This document shows, in pieces, positions 53,192-64,000 of a stretch of DNA of 64,000 nt. Source of the stretch: Glycera tridactyla (Eukaryota). Both the position numbers and the translations under genes were made by a program. The notes beneath the pieces are model-generated. The model was not told the origin of the DNA. It ran no database searches and saw nothing but the letters and a program-made list of their open reading frames with translations. The stretch is from NCBI GenBank assembly GCA_965644265.1, contig OZ286461.1, positions 48,236,001 to 48,300,000 of the forward strand, read 5' to 3'. Within the stretch, counting starts at the first letter, position 1, and each line of letters opens with the position of its first letter.

Positions 53192-53374
53192 CAGTGGTGC
53201 CAATGGGAGGAAGCTGAATTTACGGAATTATAGGAAAATTTTCTGAAACTACCCCATCATATCATCAAAAGTATTTGTTCTGAAACTCCCAATCAGATTT
53301 TAGCAATTTCGAAAATAATTATTTTTCACCTGATTTTCGGATTTCCGAAAATTTTCGGAAAATTGGCACCACTG
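53192..53374. mobile_element. hAT-like MITE, 183 bp, 6-bp TSD
   Basis: Perfect TIR CAGTGGTGCCAAT…ATTGGCACCACTG; flanking direct repeat ATCACT (53186-53191 and 53375-53380). Confidence 0.85.
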
Positions 53375-56300
53375 ATCACTGGACATGAAGGTTTTGTTCA
53401 CCTCCTGATGGTAATCACTCTGTTGGAAACCAGGATTGTGAATCTCCATGCAAAAATGGGAGTGAGACTAACGCATTGCCCATAGCACATTTCAAAATAT
53501 CAGGGACACACCCTAGTGGTCATTTCAGGTAAAAAGTCTCAGTGGTTACAGGAATTTATCAAAATCCACACATAGGAGGTAGGCAATTAATCCAGTAAAT
53601 ATCAGAAAAGGCAATAAGAAGATATAACCTACCTCAACTACATTTTCCAGTTGCAGCTGTTGTGACAAGGGTGAGGGGTTGATGATAGGGAGGGGCATCT
53701 TGTGATGCTACAGTCAGACTGAGGTGATTCCACGCCCCTGCCCCTTCTTGAGCAGGACTAACCACACACACACCCTGATATCAACCAGCTGTAAGTGGTT
53801 TATGATCTGGACATTTTGGCTCTGAACCAAACATGGTTTTTAGTTAGAGTTTGAATACCACTGCCCTGGGCATTCTTCACGTAACCCCTCTCGACCTGAT
53901 CATTGATCTCAATTTCTACTCATGGGAATATATTTTAGGTCATCTATCCCTATATCTGGGGAAAAAGTAGTCTCATGACCCAACATTTACTGATTCCTTC
54001 GCCTTTCAGAATGAACAAGTCAAACCTTTGAGGACAAGGTTGTTCAAAGTGACAGTCAGGGCATAGGGTGGATATTGTAGACAGGTGGTTCACGTATAGA
54101 GGTGCCTCTCAATGAGAATTGACTGTTCTTTATCATTTAACAAATCATACCCCGGAAGTAACACAGCATGATATGCTATGAAAATTACCACGATTGTTCC
54201 TTATGCCTATACATGTATGTTGGTTTCCAAGGTTATTGCATTCCAGGAGGGCTATGATGGTGCTATGGATTCCTAACTCTCCATTAGACTTCAAAACACA
54301 GTCCTAGAGATGCAGCTGTGGCATCTTCTCACAACATCTTTGACAGCCTATTGCCTCCAGTAATCTGACACCCTCAACCATCTGCAGACATGCTACAGTC
54401 CATTTCAAGGTCATCAGGGTCAGACACAAGTGGAGATAACCCAAACTGAGAGTGGCCACTGTACATATATTCCAGCTCCCCAGTTTAGCCCTCATTGATT
54501 CCTCAGCCAGGCACCTTTAGTTTTCTCAAAACCATCGCCTAGAGACTGTAGATTTCCGAATCATGCCACACCCTTGGCAACCAAACTAGCCTAAAATGTA
54601 CGAAATGTGGAATGACCCCATGCTCATTTTGTATGCTTGGGTTTGTACCAGTTCTGCTGTCAGCATAATCTCTCAGGGTGACATTTGGCTTGTAAACAGG
54701 TGGGTCATATTCAGGTTTATCTGTATCCTTAGCCAGGCACCCAAAGGAATATGAAATCAGCATGGACTCTCTCTATTTGAACCTTATCAGGGAAATAGGA
54801 GAAGCATTAAAGAATTGATGGAAACTTGTCAGTGCAGGAAGTATTTCTCGCATTTCTCCCTATTATTCAAAAGATTGTTTTGAGGGATTGTCTCGTATAT
54901 TTTTTGATAGTAGCTTGGCCTGGATTGATACAAAAAAGAGAGTTATTGTATAGGTTATAATTGTTTTGGTGCAGTAGTGGATCATGTGTAAGGATCATCG
55001 TACAGGTGGTTCTGATAAATCTCAGTGGCATCCCTGACATTCCTGCTCCACTTTTTGTCAGAAAATCGGAGCAGCAGGGATCCAGCAGAATGGTTACCAG
55101 ATCTGTCACAACTATGTAGGAGGAACTTGAGATGACACGTGACAGCTCCGTGTGAAAAAAATACACGATCAGTGTGGAATGTCCACGATTTCACTCTAGA
55201 GAAAGGACAAAAATGGATTCCAGTGCCATGTTTGAGATCTTTCTTGTAGTGTATGCCTGTCTATTTAAGTAAATAGGTACTCCATCACCGATAGTTCTTT
55301 CTCTATCTGGCTCCTCTTTGGATATCTATCAGTGGAAAGTCTTGGTTTCAAAGATGAGTATCATTATTTGCAACCAATTTGGTCCCAAATCCTGAATATT
55401 CATAGGTGTAGACAAAAATTCAGGGTCCCGGCCTGTAGTGAATGGGTGATAAAACACAAACAGAGTAGCTCTGGCAATGTTGGGAAATCCTGAATGATAT
55501 TGCGAAAGTACTCGAAACTGCACAAGCTTCATCTTCAGGGCCCAGTGTGGCTACCAACTTTCAATTCAGTAGTCATGAGAGTATTAACCGGCCCTAGCAA
55601 TTCTCATCCCTATGAGTTACAAAGGACACAGCTACATCCCTTATGAATTCCCAATAGACAACATTTTCACATCACTTTTTTAGGGGGAGAACTTAAATGC
55701 AAGCAATTATGGCTAAAAGTAGGCCTATCAAAATTTCCACTGGCAATCAAATGAAACATGAACAAAATCCAAGAAATTGCATACCAGCATGAAAACCACA
55801 AGAGGACTGAAATGTTCACATGTTATAAATTCATGTGAAATGGAAAGAATTATTTAAATTTTGAAATATAAACTCTCTCATGAAAGGAACTGAGTTCACT
55901 GAAGAAATATTTAAAACAAAATTAGTACAATAAAGTGAATCCATATAAAATCAGGAGGTAAAACTAATCGTCTTTTGGATATGAATAACAGAAAACCACC
56001 TATATATAACCTCCTTGTTAAGCGTTAAGTATCTAACGACACACAACGGAAAAAATAGAAGAACTATATTACTATCACTTGATGTGGTTAGCAAACATAA
56101 CTCCACGAGACTGAACCAGGTAAATTGTACGTTTTATTGACTGTGATGAGATGAAAGGTATTGTTCACTCGCATGCTCGAGTGAACAGAAGTCAGGCCTT
56201 CTTAGCCAGAGTTTGGATGGATTGCTGACCACAAAAATGGCAGCAATGGTGTCAAGGTGAAGTAGGCAGGTATGTTTGAGTTTGTCTAACAGCTTTTTAG

Positions 56301-57949
56301 AGATGCCAATGGCGATGATCAAGGGATTGTCACTGAAAAGGTGATGTTGTAATTACATTCCTGAGGCCAGTTTCACCAACCTGGAGAGGGTGAATATTCC
56401 CAGACTTACAGGGTACCTAGTGAATTACCCATAAAGGACAATGACCACACACACAGATCATCAGGTAGTCTGAGTGTTGTGAGCCTGTCTACAAAGATCA
56501 ACATCAGATGCAGTCTTCCTAGAGAGGTGGCCATCGCAGAGAGGTCATTCAGTGTAGAAACCACTATCATGGTCCTATGCAGGCATGAGGTCTCTTAAGC
56601 AGGTTGAACTGTTTTTCAACACAGCATCTCTCATTCAAACATTACTATTGTCCATGTTCCTACTCATTCAATCATTACATCAGTTTGAGAAAAGAAAGAG
56701 GTATGAAGCTCAAAACCATACTTATAGCTGAATGAGAATGGACAAATACACGATGAAATACAAATGCTTGAAGGTTCTCTGGTTCATTCTTTATTAAAGT
56801 GACAAATGTGGCTAAAACACACCCTTAAATGTGAATTTGAGCAATAGTCCAAAATATGAAATTGAAGTTGGAATATTTTCTTCGCAGGAAGTGAGAACAT
56901 TTTCTTGATCAGCGATGCATACATCCCTGTATGGTGAAGCAGATCATTGCTGTTAGCATGCAAGGGGGCGTGGTAACTATGACGACTTCATTGGCTGCTG
57001 TATAACAGTCATATAGAATTACTTGTATAGAATATCAAAGTGATCCAAATGTTTGTGGGAGTGACTTCCCTCTGATTTCTCACACCTGGCCAGGTTTGTG
57101 GAGATGGTGGGGAGGGTGGATGGGGTGGGGTGGGGGGATCATGAGATCACAGCATCATATTCATGTCTATAGTCCATTCATTTGTTGAACAAATTCTAGT
57201 AGGACTTTCTCAATGTGAACAGACTTGATGATCTAATGCTCTCATCTGAGAGAGAATCCTGACCCTTACTGTACATGATGAAACACTAGCAAAAGTCCTG
57301 ATATAAAGAGACCACCTGTCTATAAAGGTCATCTAACCATTGATTCCGCTTTTTGAAGCAACCGAAGGTGGACTTTATAGGTTCAGAGCATTCATGTCCC
57401 TGAATGATTCAATGAATGCAAAGTTCAGGGTGCTCATGAAAACCCCATAATTTGGAAATTTGGCCTGAGGAATGGTAAAAAATATGAAATGAACTTGGAT
57501 AGTTCCAGTGGCTACCAGCTTTCACTGACACTATACAACACCTGTGGCAACAAATACAATGCAGCCACACACTTTCTAAGAATATGCATGGAACAACATC
57601 CATTTATACCTGGGCAAGCATGATGTTACAATTCCATCAAGGTTTAATAAACAGGAAAGTAGAAGGCAGTGAATCTCAGACATATTGAAAACAGAGCTGA
57701 CAGACTTATCTTGTTTGTGGAAACACAAGTTGAGACACCGACTACTATGTTAAATAATATCTCACCTGGAAACAAAACAAGAGAAACAAATCTTTAGTAT
57801 AAATAGGCAAGGCATGACACAGCGTTCGAGTAAACAACAGGCTTGCTTCTTTTTCATACTCCACAAGTGTACCACTGAGTTGCTGCAAGGACAAAACCAA
57901 ATTCAGATACATGTATTTAGAAATATCGCTCCATGGAAATATAAATGTA

Positions 57950-58126
57950 CAGTCGAACCTGCTCTAAAGACCACCTCTCTATAAAGACCACCTCTCTATA
58001 AAGACCACCTGAGCTGCGACCGTGGTAGTATTTTCAACAGTAAATGACCTCTCTATAAAGACCACCTGCCCATAAGGACCGCTTTTTGATGCGACCGAAT
58101 GTGGTCTTTATAGACAGGTTCGACTG
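57950..58126 (-). mobile_element. MITE family A, 177 bp, best-preserved copy
   Basis: TA|CAGTCGAACCTG…CAGGTTCGACTG|TA with perfect TIRs; reverse complement aligns by eye along the whole length of 5468-5645. Confidence 0.93.
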
Positions 58127-59177
58127 TAATTGAGATAAATCCACCCCAATTACCAGTGGAGGGTAATCTCAATTTTTCTCAATGATCAGCTGTGGAACAG
58201 AATGGAAAACATTGCAGTGAATCTTGCGTGTGTGCACGCAAGAGAGAGAGAAGAGAAGAGAAGAGAAGAGAGACATATTTCAAAAAGAAACATGGATTAA
58301 TAAATGTCAGTGACTTGTGCATAATACACACCTGGATATAAATCCCAGCCTACAGTCAGGAAAACTCAGCATTTCCCACAAGTTCATTATCCCTACTTTG
58401 AAGAAGGAACCAGTTTGAGAAGATTACAAGAACCACAGAGATAGAAAAACAGGCCACACGACACTTAACTTGAATATATATCTCCAATTGACATCTCCAA
58501 GTTTTATTTAAACACTGAGTAAAGAAAAAACTATTCCACTATATACTATGATGGTGATAGCTATCTGAACACTTGACCAACTAAGAAATCCAGGTGATTT
58601 TGCCCACCTGAGGTGAAATTTTATTACAAATTCTACAAATTACCCCATGTGTTTCACACAGGTACATGAGGCGGTATTATCTCCATGAATTCCCTCCACA
58701 ACACCAGGCCAAAGAATACCTTGAACATGAAAATTCAAAACTCTGAGTGGAGAACGGTGAAAGGTAGAGCCACTTGCTCCCGTGCTAGATGGGGATTTCC
58801 ACTCAAGTAGATGAGAATAGTGAAGGGATGCTTCCCATCCAAAACACTGTATTTACGGAGGAGTTGTTTGCATGCATTGTTAGAACGGACAATACACATC
58901 ATCCTGTGTTCAGAATTGAAGCTATGGAGTTCTCATCTTTACAGGAAATCCAGATTGGGATTTAGCCCCAGTCAAGAGGCAATACAGTGAATGATAATGC
59001 CCCCCCCCCCCCCTCCCCACACACACACCTGAAATTTGAACACAGTCTATGACTTTGTAGTGGAACCTGCACTGCACAAGCCCATCTCGAAAATTGAGTC
59101 TCTCATGACAAGTGCTTGCTGAACAGAGGTATATTGGCAAAGGAATGGCAGACAAGTAGCCTGTAAAACAGCATGCT

Positions 59178-59330
59178 CAGGGCGAGAAGAGATAGCCGCC
59201 CACCTGCCCGGGGCAGGTAAATTTTACAGGTGGGCAGGTGGAAAATGATCATAAATGACTTGCATATATGAGCAGGGCAGGTGGATTTTCAAGGGGGGCA
59301 GGTGGATTTTCATGATGTCTTCTCGCCCTG
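59178..59330 (-). mobile_element. CAGGG-ended MITE, 153 bp, 5-bp TSD (copy 2, inverted)
   Basis: TIR CAGGGCGAGAAGA…TCTTCTCGCCCTG; perfect TSD ATGCT (59173-59177 and 59331-59335); reverse complement is collinear with 38242-38394. Confidence 0.88.
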
Positions 59331-62300
59331 ATGCTTGATCAAAGGTGATTGCTCATCATAAGCTTTGTCATCGCAGATTGTGGGGTTCAAGATTATACTT
59401 GATTATTGTCAGTAAGAAGTCATCCATAATTTCTTATTCAGCCCAATTTGAGTATGAACTCTCTCACAAATTCATAACCTTCATAGGCCATGACCTTTAT
59501 AGTCTGGTGGCTTTTGTACAGAGGTTGCCTCTTAGGCAGGATTGACTGTACTGCAGGAATATCATCCCAAGGGTTCTATGGTCAGGGACGTGCTCCTACA
59601 CAGCCACAGTTATTGCGGGATCCACAATCAATCCCTTGAAGCATGCAAATATGGACATCCATGTAAGCTTTTCAGTCAGGGAGCAATGTGTTTATATGGG
59701 TATGGTGGTAAACAGAAGCTATATTTACTGGAAAAATAAGTACAACAGGTGTACAATAGGGAGAATCATTGTTTATTCCACACAAACTGACACCTTACTG
59801 GTATCTATTTTTTCATAGGATGAAACCTATATCGCCCCTTAGCATGCTGAAGAATAATTCCCACGAGCAACTTTTGTATACAATCTCCCCATCAAGTTGA
59901 TGATATAAAACCATAGAAATTGTCAATATGTATGATGCAAATCCATGTCTATGATTTAATATACTGGTAAGGCCGCAGTAATCTTGATCTCCAACACAAA
60001 AATGTGGAACATCACAAATGATGGGTGCTTCTCGCCCAAAAATCCAAAGGAGACATAACACAGAACAGTGATTCATGTATGAAGTTAGTGAAGTGGGTTT
60101 TCTGTCATGTCTTTCAAATCTTGAAAAAAGGACATTCTTTTTCACAATGAAATATGGCTATTAGATATACTTCAATGCCAAACAAATTCTCAAACACTCT
60201 TTGAGAAAAAACATACTTTTTTCCAACAAATAATTTACTGTGTCTATTGATGGCATACTCCCATAGAGTGTTACTGACTTACCAACCTAGGAGTTCATGA
60301 CACCCCAATTTTCTAGCTCAAGTGAATAGAAGTGTCGAGCTCAAGTGAATAGAAGTCAATAACAACACAATGGCCTGATTCCTAGGTGATATTTTGAATG
60401 GAGATATGCCGGAGGTTTCGTGACTTCCCAGCTATCAGTTCGATCAGTGCTCCTACATCTAATTGAGATCCAGTCTCTCTTGATCCACATGCATGACATG
60501 AAGGTGGATACCGAGTTGTGTGAGTTGTGTGAGTTGTGTCGCATGACGGTCAGGTGACAATCACTGCCAGTTGACAATTTGATTGCCGTCCTGCAATTCC
60601 CCAAGATTGCTTTTGAAATTTGCGTCCTTTCAGAATTGTAAATAGAGATTTCTTTGCATGTAAGGTAGAACCATTGTTAAGCAAAGAATGATTGCTCAGG
60701 AAAGGTGGTTGCTAAATACTCTACAAATGGATTGTGGTGGAAAATACTGCCATTGAAAAATCAAAGAGCAGCCCCCTATGAAAGGTGGTTGCTTAGTACA
60801 GTAGTTGTTCAATACAGGTTCCACTCTATGTCCTGATGGATCCCACTATGCCAAGATGTAATCACAAGTATGGAGTGGACCCCTGATGAATAATACTCAA
60901 AGAATGCCAAGTGGGATGATTAGGCACAATGTACCTGGGTAAAGATGGGCAGGACAATTGTTGGATTCTGACACAAACAATCTAAACCGGGTCAATAACA
61001 GTAGGATCCCATGAGTGAGAGGAGTTGTGCCAGACAAGATGCCTATCTAGGAGTGTCTGAGTGGCTTGATCATGAACCAATCAGTATTCATACCAACAAG
61101 AGTGACAATCCTTCTGTAGTCAGTCTATTGTCTGTACACTTCACGAGGACGAGAATGTCTACTGAATCCAAATGAATATAGAGGTAATCTGAACGGACTA
61201 TGATGGATATAGGATATTATCTCCTCTATGAGCAGGTCATTCACATCAGAAAGTTTCTGAAATAAGTCAGAAGGTCAGAGCCATAAATACATAATGGATG
61301 AGGAGATTTTAAATTTGGTAGAATAAAATAAGCTATGGTGAGCACTCACTGAGGCAATGAGGGTATGATTTTTCTCATAATCACCCTTTATTGTATTCTG
61401 CAAGGTTTCATTTCTATTCTTGAAATTTCAATACTTTTTCACTTTAAGAGATTCGCATATAAAGCAGAAAGTATGTTTTTAGTGGATTGTTAATGCAACC
61501 CTCAGCCAGAGATGCAGGAGTTCTCAACCAGCTTGGGCCTTGTGAATGTGCAATGAGTTCATCCGAAGACCCTATACCAGAGTATTTGGTATATCTACAC
61601 CAGCCATTGCAAGCAATATTCAACCAAACATGGTGCTGGTGGTTCTATCATTCACATCTGGCTATCTCAGGTTTCAGCCTGTCACGTGCATCTGAGTATT
61701 CCATTTCAGGCTGTATATGAGCATGACAATATATATGTACACATCTGCCTGTTATATACACAACTGGGTATACTTAACCCAGCAATATGTCCGCTGACCA
61801 TTCTAACCCAATGTGGAGAAATAAGAATAGGTTACCCAGAAGTGATACCATAGCAACCAATGGCATTCTTTTCATTCACTTCATACTGATTTTTGTTCTC
61901 ACAATGAAGACCCTTTCCATTAAAATTATTTGTAACTATGATAGATGATAGAATAATGCTTCTAAAAACAACATACGAAGGTAAACCTGCTAAAGAGACC
62001 ACCTCTATACAAAGCCGCCTTTCAACAAAGGCCACCATGCATGAAGAGCAAGAGATTGCCTCTATAAAGACCCCTTCTGATGTGACCAGGATTGGTCTTT
62101 GTAGACAGGATTGACTTTACATTGTTAATTCAGTATAATTAAGTAAAAGGTGGTCCTCGTAGAAAGTGGTGAGTAACCATCCACTTCGATTAAAACCATT
62201 TCACATCGGCTGATCCAATATCACACAATTGTTCATATAAAATTCTTCATCCTCAAAAGAAGATACATATTTGTTATCATCTTTTATCATTATCAAGAGT

Positions 62301-64000
62301 GACAGCATAGATTCTCTAGCATCACAAAGAATGTTCAAAGAAATCGAAAGTTGAGATCCAGCTGAATCTCTCCGGGAAAATGAACATCATTTAAAAAATC
62401 CAAGATGCTTGCCAAGTAAGGTAAGATGAGATGGTGTAGAGTTAGGGTGAGAGGTGAGTATATGATTTAGATATGTGATATATGACGGTTTGTTTGCAGG
62501 CTCGCAGTGTTTACTCTAGAGTAATACTGTCTGAGACTATCACAGACTATCTACCCTGACTACACTGTTATAGTCACCTCCAAAAGTGCTGGCAACCATC
62601 TCCGGAATTTGGCATAAAAAATATACAAGCTGCTATTTCTTAACAGTAAAAAACATCCCACTGAAAAATCATGTCTATAATGATCACCCTGGTTGTACAA
62701 GAAATAGGTCTATATAGACAAATGGCCGGTATTATTTACAGTGGGTATTTACTGTAAAAAATGAACCATTGTGGTCACAGCTCAGGGTGGCCTAAGTATG
62801 GAGGTGGTCTCAAGAGTAGGTTCCTGTGCACTTGTAAATTAATAAAGACATGGAAATCTTAAAATTCCAAGTGATTTGATATTTCCTTTCACTTCAAGAT
62901 TAATTCTACAAACTCTGTGAATTTAGTCCTTCACTGGAACTTGATTGTGGGATGGGTGGACGAGACAAAACCAGTCAACAGAAAGAGGAGCCCCCACTTC
63001 TGAAGTTCTAAGGCAAGCTCCTCCAAATCAAAGCCATTCCAGCAACCATAAAGGAATAATTCATGCAGCCTCTGATGATAAATATGATGGGTAACCACCA
63101 TGCTGGGCTGGGGTTCATCAGCCTGGGGACCAGAGGTCATGGACTCCTCACTACAACATGGGGCAGACCTTGAATAGATTTATCATCTGTTTTGGTCAGG
63201 AGGGATCCATCACGAATTTAATATTTTTCATACCCAAAATGTCCTCTATACAAACTCTGTCCTCTATCCCCACTAATTATGGTTTGATTTTCATGATCTA
63301 AAATCTGGAATAATCAGATACTCTTTCCTCTTATGATGAAGACCAAGTACATCTCTGATATATATTTGGCTATGGAATGAATATTCCTAATACAGAGACT
63401 GGATATTCGGTGAAAACTGCATGAATGCAGGAGGAGGAGGGAGAGTGGATGCTGGGTGCTACATAATGACTTCAGTCATGAGGGCAGTCATATCAATAGT
63501 CCTCTATATATCCAGACTGAGGTCCACCTCGAGATGCTGGTCACTGTAGACAATACACTCCGCCATAACAATATGTTTATGTCACTGCTATGATGATTGC
63601 TCTAGCTGAGATGGAGTGAATATGCAGATGCAAACACATGAGCATGCACATGCAACCCCCCCCCCCCCCCCCCCCTCCCCACACACAGGATTAGCATAAT
63701 CTCAATCTTCTAATATATCCAAACTGATGATATGCAGCATCTATCTTCATTCAACAGATGACTTAGTTTTCAATGGGTCAAGTCCAAATACAAAATCACT
63801 ATTTTGGACGTTTGTAATGGGGCCTAATACCTGGCAATTGGAGAATCCATGGGAGGTACCCTTGCACGGAGCTCAGTGAATGGACCAGTAATTAATGGTA
63901 CACTGGAGCTGTGTGGGCTGTAATCTCAGTCTGAGCATCTTATACCCTTTCAACACCACATCCAATTTCATCACTCATCTCCATTTGATTTACAATTCTA

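Larger units (their letters stand above)
24050..62830. mobile_element. Dispersed degenerate relics of the same CAGT…ACTG MITE group (approx. 24050-24200, 27380-27530, 31330-31380, 34989-35130, 38820-38890, 42990-43150, 51870-52020, 54018-54125, 56480-56610, 57300-57380, 59490-59550, 60740-60830, 61980-62120, 62680-62830)
   Basis: Recurrent AAAG(A/G)CCACCT / AGGTGG(T/C)CTTT motifs with partial TIRs; boundaries approximate. Confidence 0.6.

Noticed and set aside
55537-55596. Small hAT-like element (CAGGGCCCAGT…ACCGGCCCTA)
   Set aside because: Imperfect TIR, no TSD and no second copy.
1-64000. ORFs of the supplied six-frame track as protein-coding genes
   Set aside because: All are short with no recognisable homology or coding bias. 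The longest derive from microsatellites (21970-22668, 22196-22624), N gaps or repeat units. The two real exons are not in the track.
1-64000. tRNA, rRNA, snRNA genes or autonomous transposase/reverse-transcriptase ORFs
   Set aside because: No A/B-box cloverleaf, rRNA signature or long ORF was seen by eye. A covariance-model and tblastn scan would be needed to exclude snoRNAs or decayed fragments.

Overview
Eukaryotic genomic DNA: AT-rich and CpG-depleted, with microsatellites, three short N gaps and no long ORFs. The repeat types suggest a marine invertebrate animal; this is inference and no species is claimed. Almost the whole window is intronic sequence of one minus-strand gene of the USP53/USP54 (Drosophila echinus) deubiquitinase family. 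Only two coding exons were found: 38613-38518 ([32 protein letters not shown]) and 18272-18138 ([45 protein letters not shown]). Both are phase 0 with canonical AG/GT ends, are joined by a 20,245-bp intron, and both are missed by the ORF track. The catalytic-Cys exon and the downstream exons were not found and probably lie outside the window. The introns carry many ~177-bp TA-flanked CAGT...ACTG MITEs, hAT-type non-autonomous elements with 8-, 6- and 5-bp target duplications, and a 2-kb Helentron-type (HINE/DINE-1/pearl-like) element with a 145-bp tandem array. The least-explained feature is a CpG-rich, quasi-symmetric promoter-like island (~18560-19420) just upstream of the second exon. It has candidate first-exon donors on both strands and could drive a Cys-less short USP54 isoform and/or an antisense transcript; this is a hypothesis only.
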